Program-made: the position numbers and the translations under genes
Shown here: piece by piece, positions 22,836 to 31,225 of the stretch
Numbering within the stretch: position 1 is the first letter of the stretch
How the letters are laid out: each line of letters begins with the position of its first letter
Virus record (IMG/VR): IMGVR_UViG_3300016484_000217
Span: 1-32,611 of that record
Direction: 5' to 3' (one strand)
DNA length: 32,611 nt
DNA from: a virus
Notes under the pieces: generated by a model
Seen by the model: the letters and a program-made list of their open reading frames with translations, nothing else
Told to the model about the DNA's origin: nothing
Databases searched by the model: none

Positions 22836-25619
22836 ATGGCAAATAAGAAAATATCCCAATTAACCAGTAGGACACCTAGCTTAACAGATTTGTTATTGGT
22901 AGGCGACCCAGCGACTGGATTTTCATATAAAACAACAGTAACGGATTTAGCTACAGTTATCCAAACTGATATAGCAGATGCTTTTGTTACTTTAGATACT
23001 ACGCAAACTATTAGCGGTGCAAAGACATTTTCAAATGCTTTGACTTTGACTTCGGTTGCTGACGCTGGAGTTGATACGGATAAGTTCTTGGTTTTAAATG
23101 CTGGGAATGTAGTTAAATATCGTACTGGTACTGAACTATTAAGTGATATAGGTGGACAAGCAAGTTTAACTTTAACAACTACTGGCTCTAGCGGTGCTTC
23201 TACTTTAGTAGGTGCTACTTTAAATATCCCTACATATACTTTAAGCGGACTTGGTGGAGTTCCTACTTCTAGGACTTTAACTATTAACGGAACGGCTTAT
23301 GATTTAAGTGCGGATAGGTCTTGGAGTGTAGGTACAATAACTGGTAGCGGAACTACGAATTATCTAGCAAAATTCTCTGGCTCTACTGCCGTTGGAAGTT
23401 CTCGTTTATACGATGATGGAACGAATACGATATATAATGTAAACGCAAGTTCTGGTCAATATGCTATTCAAATAAATGCCAATACTACTTCTGGCTCATC
23501 TTTCGGAATGCATATTTTAGGTGGTACAACTTCTAGCGATGTTGCTTTTAAAATCTCAAATGCTGGTGGTACTAGTGAATTTTTACGAGTTTTAGGAAAT
23601 GGTAATTTAGGTCTTGGAGTTACAAATCCAGTATATAAATTAGATGTAAACGGAGTAATAAATACTTCAAGTTCTTTATTTGCAGTTAATGCTTATTTTG
23701 GAACTTCAGCTTATGGACTTTGGGAATTCGGTAGTGATTCAACTTACGATGGTTTATATATTCGTCAAAGTGGTGGAAGTGGTACAAGTGGTTATGTTTT
23801 CGGAATAGATAAAGATAGCCACGATTTTACTATCAATGGAAAGTTGATTTTAACTTCTACATTAAGTAACGGAACTTATACATATACTTTACCCTCTGCT
23901 ACTGGTACACTTGCACTTACTTCCGATATTCCAAGTTTAAGTGGTTATGTACCCTATACTGGAGCAACAAGTAATGTTGATTTGGGAAGCTATACTTTAA
24001 CAACTGGTGCTGTAACAATCAATGGAAATGGGAACGAATTAATAATGACTTCTTCTGATGCGAATGGTCAATATATAAATTTCCAAACAAGTGGTGGTTC
24101 TTATGGATATGTGGGAAATGCTTATCATCTTATGAGTTCCCCTTCCAATGTAAACACAGATTTAGCAATAAGAGCAAATACAAACTTAATATTTGCAGCA
24201 GGTGGTAGTACTGAAAGAATGCGTATCACATCAGGTGGTTTAGTTGGAATCGGAGTTACAAACCCAGCAACAAAATTACAAGTTTACCAAAGCGGAAGTT
24301 CAGTAGCAAGATTTGGAGCAACAAACTATGTAGATATTAATAGTGATGGTTTTGATGCTTATAGTTCAGGTAGTAATATGATGTACCTTAACTATTATTC
24401 AGGTGGGGGAATTGACTTCATCAATGGTAAGATGCGTCTAACATCAGGTGGTAATTTGGGAATTGGAACTACCACTCCATCATATCAATTAACAACTACT
24501 GGTAGATTTGAGATTGGTAATAGTGTTACTGGAATGGTTGGTACATTTGGTCAAAATACTGCTACTGCTGACACATATATTAGATTGCTAAATACAAATG
24601 GTAATTTTGATATTGGAACTGCATCAAGTGGTCATTATTTTTATGGTCAGGGAACACTTCCCTTATTACTATATACCAATGCTACCGAAAGAATGCGTAT
24701 CACATCAGGTGGTAATGTCTTAATCGGAACAACAACAGATGCAGGTTATAAGTTAGATGTAAATGGAACTGGAAGATTTGTTACTTCTTTATATGTAGGG
24801 GGAACTTCTAATGGTAGATTAGGTGTTAGGGGAACTACTAATGATGCTTCTGCTTATGCTTTTGAAGCAGCCAATTCAAGTGGAAATACTTTATTTATTG
24901 TAAGAAACGATGGTGCAGCTACTTTCTCAAGTAGTGTAAGTGCTACGAGTTTTACTGCTTCAAATATAAATGTAAGTACAAATAATGGAATGTATGATGC
25001 GGGAACTAATACTGTAGGTTTCCAAACGAATGGTGCTGCAAGAATGTATATTAGTAGTGGTGGAAATGTACTTGTGGGAAGCACAACAGATAATGGAAGT
25101 AAATTCCAGGTGAATGGTGGAATTTCAACAAGTAGATTGGGATTAGCTTTCCCATCATATACTGGTGGAATAAATTGGGAATTTGCCTCTGATGGAACAA
25201 GTGGTAGTGGAATTTATATATATAATAGTAATACTGGATATAATGTATTTTTTAATGCAAATGGTACTGTTTCTTTTGCTTCATTAGGAACTGGCACAGT
25301 ATATTCAAATGCTGGTGTATTAACAAATACTAACCCTTCCGACAGTTCCCTTAAAAATACAATAAAACCATTAACTTATGGACTTGCTGAAATCTTACAA
25401 CTTCAACCAAAAACATTCTACTATAATTCCGATACTGCAAAATCAAATTTAAAGTATGGATTTATTGCTCAAGATGTTCAGCCAATAATGCCTGATTTAG
25501 TAAGAAAAATAAGCAAGGACTCTGATAAATTAGGCCTTGAAACAGATGGAATTTATGTGGCTTTGGTTAATGCGATAAAAGAACTTAAAGCAGAAATTGA
25601 AGAATTAAAGAAAAAATAA
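22836..25619 (+). CDS. Tail fibre/spike with five internal repeats and a C-terminal S74 intramolecular chaperone domain
   Basis: 927 aa. The N-terminus MANKKISQLT is typical of fibres. The motif (E/A)RMRITSGGN(V/L)xIGTTT...KLxVNG recurs about 5 times. The C-terminus NPSDSSLKNTIKPL...YGFIAQDVQ...ALVNAIKELKAEIEELKKK has the Ser-Lys autoproteolysis signature. Confidence 0.8.
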   Translation: MANKKISQLTSRTPSLTDLLLVGDPATGFSYKTTVTDLATVIQTDIADAFVTLDTTQTISGAKTFSNALTLTSVADAGVDTDKFLVLNAGNVVKYRTGTELLSDIGGQASLTLTTTGSSGASTLVGATLNIPTYTLSGLGGVPTSRTLTINGTAYDLSADRSWSVGTITGSGTTNYLAKFSGSTAVGSSRLYDDGTNTIYNVNASSGQYAIQINANTTSGSSFGMHILGGTTSSDVAFKISNAGGTSEFLRVLGNGNLGLGVTNPVYKLDVNGVINTSSSLFAVNAYFGTSAYGLWEFGSDSTYDGLYIRQSGGSGTSGYVFGIDKDSHDFTINGKLILTSTLSNGTYTYTLPSATGTLALTSDIPSLSGYVPYTGATSNVDLGSYTLTTGAVTINGNGNELIMTSSDANGQYINFQTSGGSYGYVGNAYHLMSSPSNVNTDLAIRANTNLIFAAGGSTERMRITSGGLVGIGVTNPATKLQVYQSGSSVARFGATNYVDINSDGFDAYSSGSNMMYLNYYSGGGIDFINGKMRLTSGGNLGIGTTTPSYQLTTTGRFEIGNSVTGMVGTFGQNTATADTYIRLLNTNGNFDIGTASSGHYFYGQGTLPLLLYTNATERMRITSGGNVLIGTTTDAGYKLDVNGTGRFVTSLYVGGTSNGRLGVRGTTNDASAYAFEAANSSGNTLFIVRNDGAATFSSSVSATSFTASNINVSTNNGMYDAGTNTVGFQTNGAARMYISSGGNVLVGSTTDNGSKFQVNGGISTSRLGLAFPSYTGGINWEFASDGTSGSGIYIYNSNTGYNVFFNANGTVSFASLGTGTVYSNAGVLTNTNPSDSSLKNTIKPLTYGLAEILQLQPKTFYYNSDTAKSNLKYGFIAQDVQPIMPDLVRKISKDSDKLGLETDGIYVALVNAIKELKAEIEELKKK

Positions 25620-25631
25620 AAACAAATAATA

Positions 25632-25970
25632 ATGACAACTAAAAAATGGGTAATATCCCAACTAGACACAAAACCACAAGAAGATAATTTAAGCGATGTA
25701 GTAGTTTGCGTACATTGGCGTAGACAAGCTACCGATGTAGTAGATGACAAAGAATATAATGCCGATGTTTATGGAGCAATGGCTTGTTCTCAACCTAGTG
25801 AGCAAGATTTTACAGCTTATCCAGACCTTACACAAGAACAAGTTGAAGGTTGGTTAGAAGCTGGTCTAGATATTGCTAAACTAGATGAAGCTTTAGATGC
25901 TCAAATTGAAAACTTAAAAAATCCACCGATTGTAAACTTAGGACTTCCTTGGGAAAATCAAGGACAATAA
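25632..25970 (+). CDS. Acidic hypothetical protein
   Basis: 112 aa. The pattern W.ISQLD...VHWRRQATD...FTAYPDLTQEQVEGWL...LPW looks like a recurrent phage family of unknown function (from memory only). Confidence 0.55.
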   Translation: MTTKKWVISQLDTKPQEDNLSDVVVCVHWRRQATDVVDDKEYNADVYGAMACSQPSEQDFTAYPDLTQEQVEGWLEAGLDIAKLDEALDAQIENLKNPPIVNLGLPWENQGQ

Positions 25971-25995
25971 GCTATATATAATAAACCTATAAATT

Positions 25996-26409
25996 ATGAA
26001 TTTGAAACTACACGAAGTAATCAACCTTTATTACGAACTTAACGGAGTAACAAAAGTAGAAAACCAAAAGGAAGAAGTAATCAGTAAAGGACTTTTAAAG
26101 CAAAAGATTTCCTTAAAAACGAAAGTTTACTTACAAAGGTTGAACAAGATTGTATCGGAAGAATACAAATTGTATGAAGAAGCAAAGCAAGAACTATTTA
26201 AAAAGTTCGGGAAAGAAGAAAACGATAATCTCGTTATACCGAGTGAGAGTTTTCCTGACTTTGCTAAAGAGCATAAAGACCTATTGGAAGCGGAAAAGGA
26301 AATCAAGCCAAGTACAATTTGGGGTGCGGATTTTACTCTAGCATCGCTTGAAGAAGTAGAAACTGACGAGTTCTACCCACAATTATTTGACTTGATAGAC
26401 AATGGATAG
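25996..26409 (+). CDS. Hypothetical protein
   Basis: 137-aa charged ORF. Its stop overlaps the next gene. Confidence 0.5.
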   Translation: MNLKLHEVINLYYELNGVTKVENQKEEVISKGLLKQKISLKTKVYLQRLNKIVSEEYKLYEEAKQELFKKFGKEENDNLVIPSESFPDFAKEHKDLLEAEKEIKPSTIWGADFTLASLEEVETDEFYPQLFDLIDNG

Positions 26410-26620
26410 TTTAATTATTTTCCTAATAGGACAAGCGGTAACCATTCTAATAGGACTAATAGGCATATATGTAAAAGTATCTCTTAAACTCAAAGAGTTA
26501 GAGATTAGAGTAAATGTAGTAGAAAAGCAAGATGATTTGATTTCAAGAAAGCTAGACACGATAGCTAATCAAATTAACAATTTATGCATACAGATTCAGA
26601 ACAAGCAGGACAGAGAGTAG
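26402..26620 (+). CDS. Lysis-cassette membrane protein (holin/antiholin or i-spanin-like)
   Basis: 72 aa with an N-terminal TM segment (LIIFLIGQAVTILIGLIGIYV) followed by a coiled coil. Confidence 0.45.
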   Translation: MDSLIIFLIGQAVTILIGLIGIYVKVSLKLKELEIRVNVVEKQDDLISRKLDTIANQINNLCIQIQNKQDRE

Positions 26621-26820
26621 TATTCGGTTGGAAGCATTATTTTGCTCCTACCCCTAAAAGAATACGAATCTTAGGCGATGCCTTAGCTGGTGCTGGTACA
26701 TTTGCTTCTACGATAGTGGTATTGAACGGACACGCAGTTGTTGGTACTATTATTATGGTTATTGCAGTTCTAGGGAAATTCATTTCAAACTTTTTCAAAG
26801 ATGAAGTGGTTGAAGATTAG
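26584..26820 (+). CDS. Holin candidate (two TM segments)
   Basis: 78 aa with hydrophobic segments ILGDALAGAGTFASTIVVL and AVVGTIIMVIAVLGKFI and a charged C-terminus. Confidence 0.5.
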   Translation: MHTDSEQAGQRVVFGWKHYFAPTPKRIRILGDALAGAGTFASTIVVLNGHAVVGTIIMVIAVLGKFISNFFKDEVVED

Positions 26821-27304
26821 CATATTTATTATTTATATTCTTTTAATACTTTTCGCTGGTATTAGTTGTAATCCAGTAAAACAAGTTTTAAAGAATAGAG
26901 AATATTTTGATGAAGTAGCCAAAGAGGTTGTTAAGTCAGGATATTGTGCTAATGACACCATTATCAAGGTCAAATCCGATACTACCTATAAGCTAGATAC
27001 TTTGTACGAAACTAGCTTAGATACGATTAAACTAACCGATAAGATTTATATACCTAAAATAAGCCAAAGAACTATCGTTAAAACAATTACTATCCACGAT
27101 ACAATAAAAAGTGTTGTTGTAGACAATGCTCGTTTAAACGCATTACAAGGCGATTTAACTGCACTTAACGAAAAGTATATAAACACACGCAAACAAGCAC
27201 AAAGTCGCTTAAATTGGCTTATATTGCTTCTAATAGCAATTCTAGTATATTCTATCCGAAAACCTATAATTAAACTAATAAAATGGCATTTCTTTCCGAT
27301 GTAG
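26801..27304 (+). CDS. Unimolecular-spanin-like lipoprotein with a C-terminal TM anchor
   Basis: 167 aa. It has a signal peptide with a lipobox-like ...LFAGISC and a C-terminal TM segment LNWLILLLIAILVYSI. It lies between the holin candidate and the endolysin. Confidence 0.5.
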   Translation: MKWLKISIFIIYILLILFAGISCNPVKQVLKNREYFDEVAKEVVKSGYCANDTIIKVKSDTTYKLDTLYETSLDTIKLTDKIYIPKISQRTIVKTITIHDTIKSVVVDNARLNALQGDLTALNEKYINTRKQAQSRLNWLILLLIAILVYSIRKPIIKLIKWHFFPM

Positions 27305-27753
27305 AGATTATCAAGAAATACGGACAACCTGGAAATCCAGATAATTTCACGATAATTCAGCTTCCATATCCAATGCGTATCGCTTGGGACACTTCACACA
27401 TAGTTACAAAAATGCAATGCCACGAACTCGTGGCTTTAGATTTTACAAAGGTATTTGAAGAACTTTTAACCACTTACGGATTTAACAAGATTAAAGAACT
27501 AGGCATTGACCTATTTGGTGGTTGCGTAAATGTTAGACAAATGCGTGGCTCAAAAACAAAATGGTCAAGACATAGCTGGGGAATAGCTTTGGACTTAGAC
27601 CCTGCTCGCAATGGTCTTAAAACAACTTGGGCGAATAGCCAATTTTTTAAACAAGATTACAAACCGATGCTAGAAATCTTTAATAAGTATAAATTTGCTA
27701 ATTATGGTAAAGAGAAAGGATATGATGCGATGCACTTTGAAAAAATAAACTAA
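27283..27753 (+). CDS. Endolysin, peptidase M15 (VanY/L-Ala-D-Glu peptidase-like)
   Basis: 156 aa. SRHSWGIALDLD and DAMHFE supply the H-x(n)-D...H zinc ligands of the M15 family. Confidence 0.75.
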   Translation: MAFLSDVEIIKKYGQPGNPDNFTIIQLPYPMRIAWDTSHIVTKMQCHELVALDFTKVFEELLTTYGFNKIKELGIDLFGGCVNVRQMRGSKTKWSRHSWGIALDLDPARNGLKTTWANSQFFKQDYKPMLEIFNKYKFANYGKEKGYDAMHFEKIN

Positions 27754-27758
27754 ACATA

Positions 27759-28499
27759 ATGAAAGCCCTACAAACGAAACGAAAGCGACTATTCTTTGAT
27801 ATCGAAACATCTGCCAATATCGGCTTCTTTTGGTCGGCAGGTTTTAAATTAAATATTGGTTACGAAAATATCATCAAAGAACGAGCGATTATTTGTATTT
27901 GCTACAAATGGGAAGATGATAAAGAAGTAAACTATCTTACTTGGGATAAAAACCAATGTGATAAAAAAATGCTACAAGAGTTTATTAAGGTAGCAAATTC
28001 AGCCGATGAATTAGTTGGACATAATGGAGATAAGTTTGATTTACCTTGGATTCGTACTAGATGCGTATTTCATCAAATAGATATGTTTCCTAGTTATCAG
28101 ACAATAGATACCTTAAAAATATCTCGTTCTAAGTTTCGTTTTAATTCTAATCGTTTAAATTATATTGCTCAATATTTAGGAATTGGTCAAAAGATTAAGA
28201 CCGAGTTTGACCTTTGGAAATCAATCGTTTTAAACAAAGACAAGAAGTCAATGGATAAAATGGTTAAGTATTGTCAAGAAGATGTAAGATTATTAGAAAA
28301 AGTTTACAAAAAATTATCTAATCATATTGCTCCAAAAACACATTATGGAGTTATCTTTGGACAAGATAGAGGTAGTTGTAGAGAATGTGGTAGTGATGAT
28401 TTGAAAGTAAGTGGAACTAGAATAACCGCAACTGGAACTAAGTATAAACAATACCAATGTAAAACTTGTGGTAAATTTCAAACTAAACGAGATGTATGA
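27759..28499 (+). CDS. DnaQ/RNase-H-fold 3'-5' exonuclease with a C-terminal zinc ribbon
   Basis: 246 aa. Exo motifs are FFDIETS, VGHNGDKFDLPW and YCQEDV. The C-terminus has CRECGS...CKTCGK. Confidence 0.7.
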   Translation: MKALQTKRKRLFFDIETSANIGFFWSAGFKLNIGYENIIKERAIICICYKWEDDKEVNYLTWDKNQCDKKMLQEFIKVANSADELVGHNGDKFDLPWIRTRCVFHQIDMFPSYQTIDTLKISRSKFRFNSNRLNYIAQYLGIGQKIKTEFDLWKSIVLNKDKKSMDKMVKYCQEDVRLLEKVYKKLSNHIAPKTHYGVIFGQDRGSCRECGSDDLKVSGTRITATGTKYKQYQCKTCGKFQTKRDV

Positions 28500-28717
28500 G
28501 CAATTTGTTAAAAAACTTATTTGAAGAATACGAAAAAAGAGAGCAAAGAGGTCTATCTAAATATGGTACTACAATGGATAGAACGGACTTGGAATTAAAA
28601 GATTGGGTACAACACGCACTAGAAGAAGCAATGGATTTAACTTTATACTTGAACAAAATAAAAGAACAATTAAATGAGCCACAAGGATATGCCGATAATA
28701 AAAAAACAAATATCTGA
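28496..28717 (+). CDS. Small helical protein, weakly MazG-like (EEYE ... EEAMD)
   Basis: 73 aa. ExxE and ExxD motifs were seen, but their spacing is atypical. The function call is tentative. Confidence 0.3.
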   Translation: MSNLLKNLFEEYEKREQRGLSKYGTTMDRTDLELKDWVQHALEEAMDLTLYLNKIKEQLNEPQGYADNKKTNI

Positions 28718-28868
28718 ACTATTGAAAAAGTTATCTCCAGTTGAGAGATTACAGATATTAGAGCCAATGTGCGATAGATATAGAAAGCAAAGTAGAGAAG
28801 AAGTGCAAAAAGATACGATTGAGTTTTGTAGAAGAAAGAGCATTAAACTTATCAAGACCGATTATTAA
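28674..28868 (+). CDS. Hypothetical small protein
   Basis: 64-aa ORF overlapping the previous ORF by 44 nt. An alternative ATG lies at 28689. Confidence 0.4.
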   Translation: MSHKDMPIIKKQISELLKKLSPVERLQILEPMCDRYRKQSREEVQKDTIEFCRRKSIKLIKTDY

Positions 28869-29107
28869 TGGAAGAAGAATTAGACGAGCCGATTAATTTT
28901 ACTCCTCACGATGACATAAATGCGTGTTATAGTGCGTTAAATTCGTTAGCGGATATTGATACATATTTGTTAAACGAAGAAGAAAAGGAAATGATTTCTG
29001 AGATTAAGCGAATGTCTTTATATATTCTTTATACTGGTTTAAGAGAAATATTTATTAGTAATTTTTATGAAACAAGTCCACAAGATAGTTCATCGGAAGC
29101 TAGGTAG
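28868..29107 (+). CDS. Acidic hypothetical small protein
   Basis: 79-aa ORF. Its start overlaps the previous stop by 1 nt. Confidence 0.45.
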   Translation: MEEELDEPINFTPHDDINACYSALNSLADIDTYLLNEEEKEMISEIKRMSLYILYTGLREIFISNFYETSPQDSSSEAR

Positions 29108-29315
29108 AGAACAAGCTTGGGGTCAAGCTTCGGAGCAAGAGAATCTAATTGAAATAGATATTAGATTGTCTGGCTATCGTTATATGCTATACTTGTTACA
29201 CGAGCATTTTCATTTAAAGCACCCTGATTGGTCGGAAACTAAAGTAAGAAAGGAATCAAGCAAAACGGCAAGATTCCTTTGGGAGTTAGGGTTTAGGTTA
29301 GTAGAACTTAAGTAA
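29067..29315 (+). CDS. Mini HExxH protein (putative metallopeptidase-like)
   Basis: 82 aa containing LLHEHFHLKHPDWSE. It is the last gene of the rightward arm. Confidence 0.4.
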   Translation: MKQVHKIVHRKLGREQAWGQASEQENLIEIDIRLSGYRYMLYLLHEHFHLKHPDWSETKVRKESSKTARFLWELGFRLVELK

Positions 29316-29400
29316 AGTAAACTTCATACCAACTATCTTTACCTACGAATAGATTAAGATACTGTTCCGAGTTGTACTTACGATAGATGATTTTTTTCAT
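29308..29400 (-). CDS. Possible 30-aa micro-ORF (MKKIIYRKYNSEQYLNLFVGKDSWYEVYFT)
   Basis: Hand translation. Its ATG overlaps the stop of ORF 29397..29708 as ATGA. Its 3' end overlaps the convergent + strand gene by 8 nt. Confidence 0.2.
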   Translation of the reverse strand: MKKIIYRKYNSEQYLNLFVGKDSWYEVYFT

Positions 29401-29708
29401 TTTGTTTTTGTTATTGCGTAAATAATTATTAATACTTCATTTAATACTCGTTTCCATTTTTCTTCTATTTCTTGCTTGTTACACCATTCACTAAAATCTT
29501 TACCTAGTTCTAAACAATCTTTAAATGCTCCATTCCTTTTGTATGAATCTATAATCCAGGCACAAGCCATTCTAATTGATTCAAAATTCTTAAAACTTTC
29601 AATAAATTCTTTAGGAGTAGCTGAATAATAATTCGCATAAATGAAAGACATCTTAACAAATGTTTCATTAGCTATTTCATCAAATATTTTAACTTTATCT
29701 TTTTTCAT
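29397..29708 (-). CDS. Hypothetical protein
   Basis: 103 aa. ATGA-type overlap with the PAPS-reductase-like gene's stop. Confidence 0.55.
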   Translation of the reverse strand: MKKDKVKIFDEIANETFVKMSFIYANYYSATPKEFIESFKNFESIRMACAWIIDSYKRNGAFKDCLELGKDFSEWCNKQEIEEKWKRVLNEVLIIIYAITKTK

Positions 29709-30460
29709 CTGTTACAAAATGCACCACAACTGGTTTCTTTTTTTATAGATTTATACATATCACTAAAATCATCTATTTTTAAAAATGCCTTTTCCATTTC
29801 ACATTCATTGGCTAATTGCCTAAGAGATTTTCCATTTCCCATAATTGAATAAAATTTTAATCTCCTATCTTGTATTTTTTCTTCAAACTCCATTACTTCT
29901 ATATATTCTTTTTCTGATTTATAGAAACACATTCTGCAACCACCTCTTTGCATATAAATTGGAAAGTTTGGGTGTAATCCATAATCTCTTAAAATTTCCT
30001 CACAATCATCTCTTGTATATCCATCTTCAATCAATGGGTAAGAATATTTTATATTAGCCATTTTTTCTAAACTCCCAGTTCTACCTTGTTCATCATAATT
30101 AAATCCAATCATTAATTCACAATCTCCTCGTGAACTTAAAAAGTTATCTATTGGTATAGCTTTAAAATAACTCGTACAAAATCTCATTTGTTGAGATGGC
30201 ATAGCTTTACAAGCAACTATTAATTTTTCTAAAGAATCATATTCAGTTCCTTTATATTTCTTACTTCCTTTAATTCTTATTAATTCAAAATCTCCATTAT
30301 GCAATTCTAAAAATTTTTTTTCGCATTTATCTATTCGTTCATACATTTCAGTATGTTCTGCTCCAGTATCACACCAAATTGCTTTTGCTCCTTTTCCGTA
30401 AAGAATACACATAGTAGTAGATTCAACTCCACCAGAAAAAGAAATATATTTATTTGACAT
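29705..30460 (-). CDS. PAPS-reductase/DndC-like PP-loop ATP pyrophosphatase family protein
   Basis: It has the PP-loop ISFSGGVEST, then MRFCTSYFKAIPI, IGFNYDEQGRTG and YPLIEDGYTRDDCEEIL. The C-terminal Cys pairs are GGCRMCFYK and SCGAFC. The track ORF begins at 30535; I prefer ATG 30460 (MSNKYISFSGG), which puts the PP-loop at the N-terminus. Confidence 0.75.
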   Translation of the reverse strand: MSNKYISFSGGVESTTMCILYGKGAKAIWCDTGAEHTEMYERIDKCEKKFLELHNGDFELIRIKGSKKYKGTEYDSLEKLIVACKAMPSQQMRFCTSYFKAIPIDNFLSSRGDCELMIGFNYDEQGRTGSLEKMANIKYSYPLIEDGYTRDDCEEILRDYGLHPNFPIYMQRGGCRMCFYKSEKEYIEVMEFEEKIQDRRLKFYSIMGNGKSLRQLANECEMEKAFLKIDDFSDMYKSIKKETSCGAFCNR

Positions 30461-30983
30461 TGTAAATCTGATTATATCCTTGTTTTTTACATTCTCTAAA
30501 GTATTCGCTAATATATCTTTGTTTAGCTTCATCAACCGAAGAATCTAAGTATTTATGATAACTTTCAGGTTTAATCTTCCCATCAACCATCAATCTATCG
30601 TAAATATGAGGGTGGAAAGCATTATAAGTAACTCCCTCTAAAAACTTAATATAAGCTTTATTAACTTCTTTATACCAAGCTTCATATCCACTTGGGTAAC
30701 CAATATCAGTTACTTTCAAATGTGTTCCAATTAATCCTTGCTCGTAGTAACTTGAAGAATTATCTTTTTTACGCATAAATGTTTTTACCCAATCAACAAG
30801 AGTTTCTACATCACAAGAGTAAACTTTACCAAATTCTCCAGTTAAACCTAACTCAAATATATCTACTAATTCTCCCATTGATATATTTGGAAACTTCTTT
30901 TTTAAAGTTTTAATAACTAATTCTTCAGTTTCTTCACTTACCTTTTTAAATTGTCTTAAATATTCAAATGCTGGATTGTTCAT
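30450..30983 (-). CDS. Hypothetical replication-module protein
   Basis: 177-aa ORF. No motif recognised. Confidence 0.5.
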   Translation of the reverse strand: MNNPAFEYLRQFKKVSEETEELVIKTLKKKFPNISMGELVDIFELGLTGEFGKVYSCDVETLVDWVKTFMRKKDNSSSYYEQGLIGTHLKVTDIGYPSGYEAWYKEVNKAYIKFLEGVTYNAFHPHIYDRLMVDGKIKPESYHKYLDSSVDEAKQRYISEYFRECKKQGYNQIYNVK

Positions 30984-31225
30984 AGTGCTTTAATTTTTTC
31001 TTTTGTTTTTTGTAAGAGATTTGAAGTTACGGAATAATCCATATCAAGTCCAAATTTCTTTTTTACTAATTCACACCATTTCTTATCTCTTTTAATTATT
31101 TCATCTATCTGAAATAAAGCTAGTTTCTTAGCATTGGTCTTAGATAGTCCAAAGCTTATATAATACTTTACTAGTTCTTTTGCTTTTTCAGTCGGTGTCA
31201 ATTTCGGATAATTTTTTATCTCCAA
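30980..31225 (-). CDS. Hypothetical small protein
   Basis: 81-aa ORF overlapping the upstream gene by 38 nt. Confidence 0.45.
   Translation of the reverse strand: MEIKNYPKLTPTEKAKELVKYYISFGLSKTNAKKLALFQIDEIIKRDKKWCELVKKKFGLDMDYSVTSNLLQKTKEKIKAL

Noticed and set aside
22836-25619. Fibre repeats considered as template/variable repeats of a diversity-generating retroelement
   Set aside because: There is no reverse transcriptase or Avd-like gene anywhere. The repeats are in-frame structural units within one ORF, not a non-coding template copy. No adenine-specific mismatch pattern was noticed.
29316-29396. Convergence point of the two arms searched for a bidirectional terminator
   Set aside because: I found only a weak 6-bp inverted repeat (GTAAAG...CTTTAC) with a 19-nt loop and no flanking T/A runs. 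That is not sufficient to call a terminator.
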